DNA from: Thermococcus sp. JdFR-02
GTDB lineage: Archaea > Methanobacteriota_B > Thermococci > Thermococcales > Thermococcaceae
Direction: 5' to 3'
NCBI GenBank assembly: GCA_002009975.1
Contig: MTLP01000012.1
Location: 161,698 to 225,697 of the forward strand
Length of the DNA: 64,000 nucleotides
Shown in pieces: positions 50,029-60,834 of this stretch; the stretch's first letter is position 1, and every line of letters starts with the position of its first letter. The notes under the pieces are model-generated. The model had not been told where the DNA came from. It did not search any database and saw only the letters and a list, made by a program, of their open reading frames with translations. The position numbers were made by a program, and so were the translations under genes.

Positions 50029-50787
50029 CTAAATACTCAAGTGCATAAAGTCTCTTGCTATGATGTATCCATAATCCCTGACCTTATCTTCAAGTTCCTC
50101 GTGGGTGTAATTGCTGTGGCTTATATGGGTGAAAACAGTTTTCTTAGCATTAACAAGCTGAGCAAATTTTATAGCATCATCAACACCTAAATGCGTCTTT
50201 GGAATGCTGTACTTATGAGTCATTTCACATATTAACAAATTAGCCCCCTCTATTTCGTCTATCAGCTCTTTATTCTCTAAAATCTCTGGACCAGTATCTC
50301 CAGTTATCACTATTTTTCTCTTTTCAATTTCCAAAATAAACCCTCCAGCTATATCTATGGGGTTGTGGATTACTTGAAAATGCTTTACTTTAAAAATCCC
50401 GAAGTTGTACCATTTTCCAAAGTTTAATGGAACATATTTCCACTTTCTTTCTCCTAAGAAAAGCTCTTGTAGATGTTTTGCAACTTCTAGGGCTTTTTCA
50501 TGAGAATAAAATGTAATTTCTTTAAATATCTGCAAATCTGGGAGACCAAATACGTGATCAAAGTGTGCGTGAGTTATGAAAACCTTCCCAATTCTGAGGT
50601 TCAGATGTTCCAGATGATAGTGTAGATCTGGACTGGGGTCAATCAAAGCTCCAATTTGAGGGATGTATAAAGAAAATCGAGTTCTTTTATATTGGGGATA
50701 TTTCCTTGCCCTAATGCAGTTTTCACAGCTGCACAAAGGCTTTGGAGTTCCACTATAGGAGCCAGAACCTAAAATTATAATCCTCAC
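50029..50787 (-). CDS. MBL-fold hydrolase (PhnP-like)
   Basis: P...C.C.NC, THAHFDH, GDT, THISH. Confidence 0.88.
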   Translation of the reverse strand: MRIIILGSGSYSGTPKPLCSCENCIRARKYPQYKRTRFSLYIPQIGALIDPSPDLHYHLEHLNLRIGKVFITHAHFDHVFGLPDLQIFKEITFYSHEKALEVAKHLQELFLGERKWKYVPLNFGKWYNFGIFKVKHFQVIHNPIDIAGGFILEIEKRKIVITGDTGPEILENKELIDEIEGANLLICEMTHKYSIPKTHLGVDDAIKFAQLVNAKKTVFTHISHSNYTHEELEDKVRDYGYIIARDFMHLSI

Positions 50788-51452
50788 TACACACCACCCA
50801 TTAGCTTTTTCCAATATTCATTGTTATTAACTATAATCCACCATTTTCTAAGTTCCTTTCTTTTTTCCTTGTAGTCTGGATGAAATTTCTCAACAACTCT
50901 CCAAAAATCTTTGCTATGATTAAGCTCAATGAGATGGGCTAGCTCATGAGTGACAACGTAATCAATTAGTTCATCTGGTAAAGCTACTAAAGCTAAATTT
51001 AGAGCTAAATTTCCCTTTGAAGAACAACTCCCCCACTTGTTTTTGTGCTTTCTTATAAAGATCTTTTTTGGAGTCTTTCCAATTTTGGTGGTTCTTTCCT
51101 TGATTATTTTTCCAACTTTGTTCCTTAACTCTTTTTTGAGAAATCTTTCAAGGTTTTTAAGTGTAGAGACGAAGATTGTGTTCCCAACTATTTCTGTCCT
51201 TTTCCCCTCTTCAACTTTGTAGAACTTACCAAAAACAGGGAATCCGATATTTGCGTTCCTTTTATGCTTATCAATTTCCTCTAATCTCTTTAAAATCCAA
51301 TCTGATTTTAGTCTTAAAACATTCTCAACGTTCTTTCTTGGTGCCACAATCCTTAAAATTCCCTCGGGAAGTACATAGATTCTAACATATTTAACTGGTC
51401 TAATCACGACTTCATACTTTATGCTTCTTCCGTTTAGAGTAACTTCATTCAT
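50787..51452 (-). CDS. YgjP/DUF45-like zinc-dependent hydrolase
   Basis: WGSCS, YVVTHELAHL...NHS..FW. Confidence 0.88.
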   Translation of the reverse strand: MNEVTLNGRSIKYEVVIRPVKYVRIYVLPEGILRIVAPRKNVENVLRLKSDWILKRLEEIDKHKRNANIGFPVFGKFYKVEEGKRTEIVGNTIFVSTLKNLERFLKKELRNKVGKIIKERTTKIGKTPKKIFIRKHKNKWGSCSSKGNLALNLALVALPDELIDYVVTHELAHLIELNHSKDFWRVVEKFHPDYKEKRKELRKWWIIVNNNEYWKKLMGGV

Positions 51453-51516
51453 AAAATTATTTTATTGTGAGACAAATTTATAAGCTTAGTTGATATTGGA
51501 GCAAGATAGCCAACAG

Positions 51517-52554
51517 TTACTCCCACAGTAGATTTTTTATTAAGGGACGAAGTTTTGGATGAACATATTCTCCGTTCTCAATAATTTTTATTCCATCTCC
51601 AATTACTGTTGGATTTAGGCAGATTCCATCTGTATGGCTTTTTGCTGAACCTACTTTTCCTTTAAAGCTTTTTGCTTGGTTTCCTAAACCCCATTCCACT
51701 GCGCCCCACACTCTTTCGTCTTCTAAAATATTTCCAGTGAGCTTTGCTCCAGGATTGCATCCGTAAGAAATGTGGGCTATTCTAAACATGTTTGGATCAT
51801 TAAAACCTTTTAACCATCTTTCAAATATCTTTGCCTCTATTCCTCCTTCTATTCTCGTAATGGTTCCCTCTTCGATCTCTAATATAATTGGTTCTTTTAA
51901 TATTCCTAACTCTTGCGGGGGCCACACAGAGCCATCAAAAACTATCGTCCCGTTTATGGTTTCTTCTATTGGTGCCCAGTCAACTTGTCCAATAAGCATA
52001 TAGTCTCCAGGTCCTTGGACATCCCCTTCAGTAAAAACAGGTCTTCTTAGGTCGTTTTCAAATTCAACATCTGTTCCTGCAGGAGTTGTAATTCTCATTT
52101 TCCTTGTATTTCTTGTAATTTCTGCTAAAATTTTTTGGAATTTGAGTAGTTGGGGAATATTTACCATTCCTATGGTTCTCACAATCATATCACTTGTCAT
52201 TCCAACTAAACAGATATAACGAACAGTTCCTTGAGCCATTACGCTGTCCCAAGGTGTAGAATAAAGAAGCCAACTCTTATTGAATTCTATCCACACGTCT
52301 GCATTTTTCAAAGCAGCCTCTAAAGGTTTTAGGGGTAAGTAAGGATCAGCAGCTTTTCCAACATGAGGAGGCATTGAGTACCAAAGAACTAGAGGTTTTG
52401 CTTTTAAAATCTTAACAGCTTTTGCGGTTGCTTCAACTACATGCCAATCACTTCCAGTATCTGCAGTTATGACTACATTTTCATTCTCTTTAATTTTTAG
52501 AATATCTTTTGCTAGCTTATATGCTGCTTCTTGGACTTCTAGTGAGAGATTCAT
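51517..52554 (-). CDS. M29/aminopeptidase T-like metallohydrolase
   Basis: TPAGTD, NGTIVFDG, H.SYG.NP.A..TG.ILEDER..G, SHTDG. Confidence 0.72.
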   Translation of the reverse strand: MNLSLEVQEAAYKLAKDILKIKENENVVITADTGSDWHVVEATAKAVKILKAKPLVLWYSMPPHVGKAADPYLPLKPLEAALKNADVWIEFNKSWLLYSTPWDSVMAQGTVRYICLVGMTSDMIVRTIGMVNIPQLLKFQKILAEITRNTRKMRITTPAGTDVEFENDLRRPVFTEGDVQGPGDYMLIGQVDWAPIEETINGTIVFDGSVWPPQELGILKEPIILEIEEGTITRIEGGIEAKIFERWLKGFNDPNMFRIAHISYGCNPGAKLTGNILEDERVWGAVEWGLGNQAKSFKGKVGSAKSHTDGICLNPTVIGDGIKIIENGEYVHPKLRPLIKNLLWE

Positions 52555-52556
52555 TT

Positions 52557-53228
52557 TTAATCACCTACTGAGAAAAGGTTTAGCTCTATGATATCTTCTA
52601 ACACTTTAATTGCAGCCCCAACTGGGTCGACTATTGGAACATTGGCTGATTTTTGGAGTTCTTTAGCAAATCCCGCTAATCCAGTGCATCCAAGTATTAC
52701 AGCATTTGCTCCATCTTTAACGACTTTAGCAACTTCCTTTTTAAGAAGTTCAATGGTATAATCTCTATCGTTATTTATTTCAGGAACAGAGAGGCTTATG
52801 CCTTTAATACTTACAACTTTGTTTTCCATCTCATATCTTGCTACTAATTCGTTGAATAATGGTGGTGCTGTCTTAGAAACCGTCACAATACCGATCTTTT
52901 TTCCAATTGTAGAAGCAATTGCTAAAGAGGCTTGACACGGTCCTATTGTTGGTGTTTTAATCAAAGAGCGTATTACCTCAACTCCTGGATCAAGACAACA
53001 ATTCACTATTATTCCGTCATATTTCTCATGAAGTTCTAAGGCTTTCTTTACAACATGTGGAATTACTCCTACTTCTGCCTCTCTCGTCTCAATAGATTCT
53101 GGGCCGTTATCTAAACTAACTACATCAATCTCAGTGTTTGAAGAAGCAAAGCTTTGATAAATCTTTTTATCGGACTCATTCCATTTGTCTGTTCCGACGG
53201 GATTTATAATTAAAATTCGCTTTTTCAT
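52557..53228 (-). CDS. Hydantoin racemase (Asp/Glu racemase superfamily)
   Basis: INP, GPESIE, NCCLDPG, LGCTG, P.VDP. Confidence 0.88.
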   Translation of the reverse strand: MKKRILIINPVGTDKWNESDKKIYQSFASSNTEIDVVSLDNGPESIETREAEVGVIPHVVKKALELHEKYDGIIVNCCLDPGVEVIRSLIKTPTIGPCQASLAIASTIGKKIGIVTVSKTAPPLFNELVARYEMENKVVSIKGISLSVPEINNDRDYTIELLKKEVAKVVKDGANAVILGCTGLAGFAKELQKSANVPIVDPVGAAIKVLEDIIELNLFSVGD

Positions 53229-53261
53229 AATTCCACCTCGATAATGGTAGAAAAGGAGACG

Positions 53262-54353
53262 TTACTTTTCCCCATGTTTAAGTTCAATTGGCATGTACTC
53301 TATATCCAGTCCGAGATATTTTGGTCCAAATACTTCTAGACCCTTGGGAGTTCTCCATATTTCTGGCGCTGGAAATCCAATAACGGCATATTCTTTTCCT
53401 TCTTGAATGTTTGGATTCGTGACAGGTGCTCCGTCTAATGTTAAAACACTAATTAAATCTGGAATTGTGACATCTACTTCACCATTTCTCCAAGAGATTA
53501 AGTTTTCATTTTTGAACCAAATTTTGTATATTTCTCCTTTGAATTCATCAATTCCCTCAAGCTCAAATTCACCAATGGTAAAACCATTTTCATCTTTCCA
53601 ACCTGACTTCATTGCAACACCTTTAAAGAGTAAGAATCCATTTCCAGCTGTTATAAGTGCATTAATTACGTCTTCCCCTTTTTCTTTTGCAATTCTCATG
53701 GCTCTTCCTATTTTTAGGGTGTAGCTAATGGCGTTTTTTACAATCGAGTCTTTGATGTCTCTTCCTTTTATTGGATGGGATGTCACCCCTACATTGGTTT
53801 CTATTGTAGCTGCTATGGCTCTAACTATTTTTTCTGCTTGAAAATCGTTCTTAACCTTGGAAATAACTATTTCGTCTCCAAATGGTGTTACAACTGAAAA
53901 TGGCGTCATTTTAAGACCCATTATATAGAATGTGGTGTGTTGTAATTCTGGAACTGATCTTCCAGCAGGATCTCCGTCAATTATTGGGATTCCAAGTTTG
54001 GCAGCTGTTGCCAAGGCTACCGCTGTATTAGCACCACCAAGTTCAGTAGAAATCACGCCATAAAACTTTTCTCCTATATATTCTTCAAGCAGTCTAAATG
54101 ACCTTGCAGCTTCTCCATCTTCATAAACGGACTCTATCTTTCCTCTAGTTAAGGAACCAACAAAGTATGGTGTTGCAACTGTTTTGTTATCTGGTATCTC
54201 ATCCAAACTTGCTAAAAGGAATTTTCTTCCTTTCTTTACCTCTTTTTTAATTAGTTCCCATCCTTCTTTTGGATCTCCCCCACCACCAGTTCCTAAAACT
54301 GTACATCCATCAATTATATCTCTTAAATCTAATTCGTTTAGTTCTCGAACCAT
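53262..54353 (-). CDS. DUF917 family protein
   Basis: G..VLGTGGGG, ELGGAN, DGD..GR.VPE, F.NENL, PDLI. Confidence 0.85.
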   Translation of the reverse strand: MVRELNELDLRDIIDGCTVLGTGGGGDPKEGWELIKKEVKKGRKFLLASLDEIPDNKTVATPYFVGSLTRGKIESVYEDGEAARSFRLLEEYIGEKFYGVISTELGGANTAVALATAAKLGIPIIDGDPAGRSVPELQHTTFYIMGLKMTPFSVVTPFGDEIVISKVKNDFQAEKIVRAIAATIETNVGVTSHPIKGRDIKDSIVKNAISYTLKIGRAMRIAKEKGEDVINALITAGNGFLLFKGVAMKSGWKDENGFTIGEFELEGIDEFKGEIYKIWFKNENLISWRNGEVDVTIPDLISVLTLDGAPVTNPNIQEGKEYAVIGFPAPEIWRTPKGLEVFGPKYLGLDIEYMPIELKHGEK

Positions 54354-54357
54354 TTTT

Positions 54358-55041
54358 TCACCTCCCAGCAAATAGTCCCCGTTTTCCATGTCTTAGAATA
54401 AAAGATAAGGAGCGTGCAACAGAATAAGTAATTAACAATGGTTCTAAAACTGGGATCTGGTATTCTTTCCAAATCTCCTTCTTTAGCCTTTCAGCAATGC
54501 TGCTAAATCCGGTACATCCTAAAACTACTACATCAGCTCCATCTTCTATTGCCTTTACACATGCTTCTTTTGTCACGTTATAAAGCTTTTCCTCTCCAGA
54601 CATGATCTCTTTTACAGAGAATTTTACTTTTCTTACCGAAATCAGTTTTTCAAAAAGACCATATTCTCTAGTTTGCATTCTAGTCCAAGATATTACATTA
54701 TCTCCCGGTCCTATAACAGAAAAATCACCTAGCATAGCTGCAATGTGCATGGTAGTTTCCCCAGCTCCAAAAACTGGAATATCAAGGTTTTCTCTAAGCT
54801 CAAAGAGACATGGATCTGCAAAACAATTTATCACAATTGCTCGAGCGGTTTTGGGTATCAATTCTTTTAAGTTTTTCAGAATTTCTGCACATCCCCAAGT
54901 TTTTTGATAGAAGCTCTCTATAGTCTCTGGACCTTCTTTTAAAGAAACTACTTTGAACTTGTCTGTTGGATAGTATTTTAAGAGATAATTTTCAACATTC
55001 TTTTCAAAATATCCTTTTATTGGGTCTAAAATCACTATCAT
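54358..55041 (-). CDS. Hydantoin racemase (Asp/Glu racemase superfamily)
   Basis: GPETIE, NCFADP, GADVVVLGCTG. Confidence 0.85.
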   Translation of the reverse strand: MIVILDPIKGYFEKNVENYLLKYYPTDKFKVVSLKEGPETIESFYQKTWGCAEILKNLKELIPKTARAIVINCFADPCLFELRENLDIPVFGAGETTMHIAAMLGDFSVIGPGDNVISWTRMQTREYGLFEKLISVRKVKFSVKEIMSGEEKLYNVTKEACVKAIEDGADVVVLGCTGFSSIAERLKKEIWKEYQIPVLEPLLITYSVARSLSFILRHGKRGLFAGR

Positions 55042-56001
55042 CTAAATCTCCCCCGCAAAATGACATCTAACAAGATGTCCTTCCTTAACTTCAATTAGCA
55101 AGGGTTCCTTTCTTTTGCAAATCTCCTGTGCATAGGGACATCGTGTATGAAAAGGGCAACCAGCAGGTGGATTTAAGGGACTTGGAATTTCTCCTTTAAT
55201 TACGATTCTTCTCCGTTTACTTTTTTGCTTTGGATCTGGCACAGGTATTGATTGTAAGAGCATTCTAGTATAGGGATGGAGAGGATTATCAAAAACTTGT
55301 TCAATTGTTCCAAGCTCTACAATCTTTCCAAGATACATTACTCCGACTCTATTGCTTAAATATCTAACAAGACCAAGATCATGTGAGATGAATAAATAAG
55401 TCAATTTCTTTTCTTTTTGTATTTTCTCAAGCAAATTTAGTACTTGAGCTTGAACAGAAACATCTAAAGCTGAAGTAGGTTCATCTAAAACCAAGAACTC
55501 GGGTTCTAATGCTAAAGCTCTAGCAATAGCAACCCTTTGACATTGACCTCCACTTAATTCATCAGGATACTTACTTGCATGCTCCTCACTTAAGCCAACA
55601 CTTTCTAAAAGCTCTAAAACTCTATCTTCAATGTTTTTGTAGTTATACTCTTTTAAAGGCTCTGCAATTATGTCGAACACTGTCATTCTTGGGTTTAAAG
55701 AGGAATAGGGATCTTGATAAATCATTTGCATTTTAGGCTTTATTTTTTTAAGTTCTTCTTCTGAAAGTGCTGTAATCTCTATGTCATTGAAGAAAACTTT
55801 TCCATCTGTTGGTTCATAAAGTCTTAATATTGTCCTTCCAGTTGTAGATTTTCCACTTCCACTTTCTCCGACTAAAGCGAAAGTTTCTCCATCGTTTATT
55901 ATAAATGATACATCATCAACGGCTTTTAGATAAAGCGTCTTTTTTCTAATAAAGCCTTTAGTTATTGGAAAATATTTCTTCAAATGCTCAACTTTAATCA
56001 T
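55042..56001 (-). CDS. dppF: Di/oligopeptide ABC transporter ATPase (DppF/OppF-like)
   Basis: GESGSGKST, LSGGQ, DEPTSALD, HPYT, C-terminal Cys cluster. Confidence 0.9.
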   Translation of the reverse strand: MIKVEHLKKYFPITKGFIRKKTLYLKAVDDVSFIINDGETFALVGESGSGKSTTGRTILRLYEPTDGKVFFNDIEITALSEEELKKIKPKMQMIYQDPYSSLNPRMTVFDIIAEPLKEYNYKNIEDRVLELLESVGLSEEHASKYPDELSGGQCQRVAIARALALEPEFLVLDEPTSALDVSVQAQVLNLLEKIQKEKKLTYLFISHDLGLVRYLSNRVGVMYLGKIVELGTIEQVFDNPLHPYTRMLLQSIPVPDPKQKSKRRRIVIKGEIPSPLNPPAGCPFHTRCPYAQEICKRKEPLLIEVKEGHLVRCHFAGEI

Positions 56002-56965
56002 CAGGATTCCCTCCATAAAGATGACACGCAACAAAATGGCTTTCTTTATATTCTACAAGTGCTGGCTTCTTTAGTTTACAGCTATCTCTTACAAACTCAC
56101 ACCTTGGATTGAACCTACATCCACGTGGAGGACTTATTAAGCTCGGAACTTGACCTCTTAGTGGTTTAAGATGCTTTTTGTACCTTGGATCTGGAATTAC
56201 TGAAAGTAAGCCTTGAGTGTAAGGATGTAGGGGATTTTCGAAGAGTTCTTCTGTATCTGCGATTTCTACAATATTCCCAGCATACATGACCCCAACTCTA
56301 TCACAACTCTCTGCAACAACTCCTAGATCATGGGTAATTAGCAAAACGGAGAATCCAAGCTCCTCTTTTAAGTTTAAAATTAAATCTAAAATCTGTTTTT
56401 GAATTGTGACATCTAAAGCCGTTGTAGGTTCATCTGCAATTAAAAGAGAAGGATTTGAAGATAATGCCATTGCAATCATTACTCTTTGCCTCATGCCGCC
56501 ACTTAGTTCGTGTGGATAAGAATTTAAGATTCTATCAACATCAGGCAATCCAACTTCTCTTAAAAGTTCTTTAGCTTTTTTATAAGCTTCCTCTGTATCT
56601 ATTTTATTATGCGTGGTTATTATGTCTATCATCTGTTCTTTGATCTTAAAAAGGGGATTTAAGGAAGTCATGGGGTCTTGAAAAATTATTGAGATTTCTT
56701 TCCCCCTTATTTTTCTCATTTCTTCTTCTGATTTTTTAAGCAAATCTTTACCTTTGAAGATTATTTTTCCTGAAATTTCTGCATTTGAAGGTAAAAGCCT
56801 AAGAATACTCATGGCAGTTACACTCTTTCCACAGCCTGTTTCTCCAACTAAACCAAATACTTCTCCCTCATATATCTTTAAATTAACTCCATTTAATACC
56901 TTCACGAGTCCCCAGAGGGTTCTAAAGTTAACGTAGAGGTTTTCTATTGACAAAAGTTCCTTCAT
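55994..56965 (-). CDS. dppD: Di/oligopeptide ABC transporter ATPase (DppD/OppD-like)
   Basis: [34 protein letters not shown]. Confidence 0.9.
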   Translation of the reverse strand: MKELLSIENLYVNFRTLWGLVKVLNGVNLKIYEGEVFGLVGETGCGKSVTAMSILRLLPSNAEISGKIIFKGKDLLKKSEEEMRKIRGKEISIIFQDPMTSLNPLFKIKEQMIDIITTHNKIDTEEAYKKAKELLREVGLPDVDRILNSYPHELSGGMRQRVMIAMALSSNPSLLIADEPTTALDVTIQKQILDLILNLKEELGFSVLLITHDLGVVAESCDRVGVMYAGNIVEIADTEELFENPLHPYTQGLLSVIPDPRYKKHLKPLRGQVPSLISPPRGCRFNPRCEFVRDSCKLKKPALVEYKESHFVACHLYGGNPDD

Positions 56966-57816
56966 AGGAACTTCCTCCTTAATCTTGGGTCCATAATTTC
57001 CCTTAAGGCATCACCAAGCAGATTAAAAGCCATAACTGTGATGAATATAGCCAGACCAGGAAAAACTGGATACCACGGATAGTTAAGGAAGTATTCCTTT
57101 CCTTCGCTTACCATTAAACCCCAATCGGGTGTTGGAGGTTGAACGCCCAAACCAAGAAAGCTTAAAGCTGCAGCTTCAAGTATTGCTGAACCAATGTCCA
57201 TTGTAGCCTGAATTATTAGTGGAGAAATGGAGTTTGGAAGTACATGTCTGAATATAATTTTCCATTCGCTTATCCCCATTCCTTTTGCAGCTTCAACATA
57301 AGGTCTTTCTTTTATTGAAATTGCCATTCCTCTAACAAGTCTTGTATACCATGGCCACCAACTTATAGATAGAGCAAGAATTGCATTAATAAGGCCTCTT
57401 CCAAGAGTAGTGGCAATTAGTAAAGCTAAAAGCAAGGGTGGGAAGGCTAGAAATATGTCTGTTATTCTCATTATTATTAAATCAATTTTTCCACCATAAT
57501 AACCAGCTATTAACCCTAGGGGGAGTCCTATTAATATTGCTAATAAGACTACTGAAAAGCCTATAAGTAAAGAAGTTCTTGAACCATAGATTACTCTGCT
57601 AAGTATATCTCTTCCTAAGTGATCAGTTCCAAAAAAGTGCTTAGAGCTTGGTGGTTGTAATCTCTCTTTAAGATTTGGTTCTCCCTTTGCTTGCTCGGGG
57701 TAAGGGGCTAAGAGTGGTGCAAATATTGCAATGAATAAAAGGATTAAAATAATCATCAAGCCTACAACCGAAAGCTTATTTCTAAAGAGTATCTTAATGA
57801 ACTCTTTTTTCCTCAT
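56962..57816 (-). CDS. dppC: Di/oligopeptide ABC permease (DppC-like)
   Basis: GTDHLGRD, EAA motif, LSFLGLG.QPP.PDWG. Confidence 0.9.
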   Translation of the reverse strand: MRKKEFIKILFRNKLSVVGLMIILILLFIAIFAPLLAPYPEQAKGEPNLKERLQPPSSKHFFGTDHLGRDILSRVIYGSRTSLLIGFSVVLLAILIGLPLGLIAGYYGGKIDLIIMRITDIFLAFPPLLLALLIATTLGRGLINAILALSISWWPWYTRLVRGMAISIKERPYVEAAKGMGISEWKIIFRHVLPNSISPLIIQATMDIGSAILEAAALSFLGLGVQPPTPDWGLMVSEGKEYFLNYPWYPVFPGLAIFITVMAFNLLGDALREIMDPRLRRKFL

Positions 57817-57825
57817 TTTTCTCCC

Positions 57826-58845
57826 TCACAACTGAATTCTTGGGTCAAGGCAAACTTGAATCAAATCAACAATCAAGTTTATGAAAACATAGGCAGTTGC
57901 AGCAACAATCGTAACACCTAAAACTGCTGGATAATCCATACTAAGAATGGAGTATGCCGCATATCTTCCTAAACCGGGCCAATTAAAGATTAATTCTACC
58001 AAAAATGCTCCAATTAGTGTATATGCAAAGGATAAACCTATTGTAATTAAAGCTGGTGCAATTGCATTTTTTAATGCATATTTGAAGTAAATCCTCTTTT
58101 TTGGTAATCCATAAGCCCAAGCGGTTCTAATATAATTCTCTTGCAAAACTTCAATCATCATCGATCTCACTTGTCTTGTTATCAGCCCAATTGGGTACAT
58201 GGCAAGTGTTATCGCTGGGAGTATCATATGCTTAAGTACATCAACAAATACTACAAAGTTCCCAGTTACAAGTGAATCAAATAAGTAAAACCCAGTAATC
58301 ACCTTTAGTGGATGTTCAAGCATTGTTATTGTGTCCACTCTTCCTGCAAGAGGAAGTAGATGTAAATATTTGAAAAATATTAATTGTAACACGATTCCAA
58401 ACCAAAAAGTTGGTAGAGATACTCCACTTATTGCTAATACTCTACTTAAGTTGTCCAACCATGAATCCTTTTTAACAGCGGAATAAACTCCGAGAGGGAT
58501 ACCAATTAAGATTGCAATGAACTCAGCAAATAGAATCAATTCAAAGGTTGCAGAAAAAGCAGATTTTAAATCTTGAGCTACTGGATTGTGAGTTCGTATT
58601 GATATCCCTAAATCTCCATGGAGAAGACCAACAAGGTAGTAATAATATTGTTTTATCAATGGCTCATTCAAATGTAGCTCCTCTCTAGCTTTCTCAATAG
58701 CTTCTACCGTTGGATGTGCACCCACCCATAATGCTGCAGGATCAGAAGGGATAACTCTGGAAATAAAAAATACAATTGTAACAACACCAAAAATCACAAG
58801 TATTGAAAGCATGAGTCTGTAAGCGATGTATTCTTTGAGCTTCAT
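57826..58845 (-). CDS. dppB: Di/oligopeptide ABC permease (DppB-like)
   Basis: GDLG.S, S.P.FW, E.IF.WPGLG, DPRI. Confidence 0.9.
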   Translation of the reverse strand: MKLKEYIAYRLMLSILVIFGVVTIVFFISRVIPSDPAALWVGAHPTVEAIEKAREELHLNEPLIKQYYYYLVGLLHGDLGISIRTHNPVAQDLKSAFSATFELILFAEFIAILIGIPLGVYSAVKKDSWLDNLSRVLAISGVSLPTFWFGIVLQLIFFKYLHLLPLAGRVDTITMLEHPLKVITGFYLFDSLVTGNFVVFVDVLKHMILPAITLAMYPIGLITRQVRSMMIEVLQENYIRTAWAYGLPKKRIYFKYALKNAIAPALITIGLSFAYTLIGAFLVELIFNWPGLGRYAAYSILSMDYPAVLGVTIVAATAYVFINLIVDLIQVCLDPRIQL

Positions 58846-58883
58846 TTTTATACCCCCTGATTAAATAAAAAATAAAGATAAGG

Positions 58884-60491
58884 CTAAGATCTCTTGTGTA
58901 GGTCGTAGAAGAACACTACTTGTGGATATCCTGGGTTAGATTCAAATCCGACTATACTTTTGTGGATGACATACACATCGTCGGGGTTATAGAAGAAAAT
59001 TGCCGCTGCATCTTCGACTAGTATTTCTTCTGCTTTTTTGTATAATTCTTTAGCTTTTTCTACATCAGTACCTTCAAATGTTACAGCTTCATCAATCAGT
59101 TTATCAAACTCTGGATTACAGTAATAGCATAGGTTAAAGTTTATTGTTTCTTCACAGTGAAACATGTTAAAGAGGAAATCGTATGGTGTTGGATAGGTTG
59201 GCCACCAGTAGAAGATAAGGATATCTTGAGCTTTTTGTGGATCACTTTTAGCTAAAGCCCATTGTTGCTCCCAGTTCATTGGTCTAATTTCCAACTCAAT
59301 TCCTAATTTTGACCATTCTGCCTTGAGAAGCTCAGCAACTTTTTTCTCAGCTTGATCGCCTTGAGTATACGTTAACACAAGCTTAAATCCACCATTAGGA
59401 TATCCTGCTTCTGCTAAAAGTTCCTTAGCTTTGTCAATATTGTGCTCATAAGTTTTCATGTCCTCAAAATAACCCAACATTCCTTTTGGAATTGGACCCT
59501 TTGCTATTGAGCCGTAGCCATGTAAAACATATTCTACAATCTGATCATATGGAACAGCATAACTTAGTGCTTGTCTAACAAGTTTGTTGTCTAAAGGTGG
59601 TTTTTTCGTATTTAGCATTCCATACAATTCTTGATAAGAAGGAGTTTGCTTAACGATAACATTTGGATCTTTCTGAAGTTTTGGTAAGTCATCCAATGGT
59701 AAGTCTCTTGTAATGTGTATTTCCCCACTAACAACCATTTGTTCTCTTAAAGATGAATCTGGGACAATCTTTATTATTGCAACATCAAATTGATCCTCTT
59801 TCCAGCCTCCCCAATACTCGTCAAACTTTTTAAGGACGACTTCAGTTTTTGGATCATATTTCTCTATCATATAGGGTCCAGTTCCTGCATCATGACCTTG
59901 ATTGAGGTAGTCTGCTATGGCATTATCATCACCAATTTTTGAAAGTTCTTTGCTATCCATTATATAAGCACCATAAGCTGAAGAGGCTATTAACGGTAAG
60001 TTTGCTGGATATTTCAGCTTAAACTTTATAGTATAGTCATCTAAAATCTCAATTTTTTCAATAGGATCCCATATAAAAGCTGGTCCTTGTCCCATTCTTA
60101 TTGTTCTTTCAATTGACCATTTAACATCTGCAGCTGTCATTTCATTTCCACTATGAAACTTTACTCCTTTTCTTAAATGAAAAGTCCATTCAGTCCCATC
60201 TTCATTGCTTTCCCATGAAGTTGCAAGCCATGGCTTTAATCCCTGTGGAGTATATTTAACTAAGCACTCATAGACATTGGCGAGTGTAACTATTGAATTA
60301 GAAAACTCTGTACTAGGATCTAAGGTTATCATCTCACTTCCATATCCGTATATTACAACATTAGTGGTCTTTTTTTGTTCTGTTGTTTCAGAAGAAGGAG
60401 TGGATGTCTTTTCTCCACTTATACAACCACTTGCTACAATACCTAATACAATTATTAAAGACAAAGCCAAGCCAACTAATATTTTTTTCAT
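58884..60491 (-). CDS. dppA: Family 5 peptide-binding lipoprotein (DppA-like)
   Basis: Lipobox ASGC; LDP, LRKGVKFH.G, GTGPY, VRQAL. Confidence 0.9.
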   Translation of the reverse strand: MKKILVGLALSLIIVLGIVASGCISGEKTSTPSSETTEQKKTTNVVIYGYGSEMITLDPSTEFSNSIVTLANVYECLVKYTPQGLKPWLATSWESNEDGTEWTFHLRKGVKFHSGNEMTAADVKWSIERTIRMGQGPAFIWDPIEKIEILDDYTIKFKLKYPANLPLIASSAYGAYIMDSKELSKIGDDNAIADYLNQGHDAGTGPYMIEKYDPKTEVVLKKFDEYWGGWKEDQFDVAIIKIVPDSSLREQMVVSGEIHITRDLPLDDLPKLQKDPNVIVKQTPSYQELYGMLNTKKPPLDNKLVRQALSYAVPYDQIVEYVLHGYGSIAKGPIPKGMLGYFEDMKTYEHNIDKAKELLAEAGYPNGGFKLVLTYTQGDQAEKKVAELLKAEWSKLGIELEIRPMNWEQQWALAKSDPQKAQDILIFYWWPTYPTPYDFLFNMFHCEETINFNLCYYCNPEFDKLIDEAVTFEGTDVEKAKELYKKAEEILVEDAAAIFFYNPDDVYVIHKSIVGFESNPGYPQVVFFYDLHKRS

Positions 60492-60834
60492 TTTTACATT
60501 CCTCCACTACTTATCTATAGTTGCAGCCAAATTTTTACATATTGTAAGGTATGTTGTCATTTTTTGTCAGATTGACAGCTTTATGAGACATCTAGTTTAA
60601 GTTCTTGTATTTTTTACATACTTGTATCATGTATATGTAGTGAATTTTTCAAACTTGTATATGTACATTTAACATATTTAATAATATCTGTTCAAATTCT
60701 TCACAAGTATATGATAAATTTGTTCATCTATAGGGGTTTAATATTAAACACCATGAGGATTTACAGATTTGTCATTTTTGAACGACTAAAAACATTAAAG
60801 AATTAAAAATGGTAGTAATGCATAATTATGTACT
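60492..60834. promoter_or_regulatory. AT-rich control region of the ABC operon with repeated motifs
   Basis: TGTCA-GAT-TGACA palindrome (60565-60577), three CTTGTAT copies, two TGTCATTTTT copies. Confidence 0.45.

Noticed and set aside
50787-51452. YgjP-like gene as part of a restriction or defence locus
   Set aside because: No restriction-modification or other defence genes are adjacent
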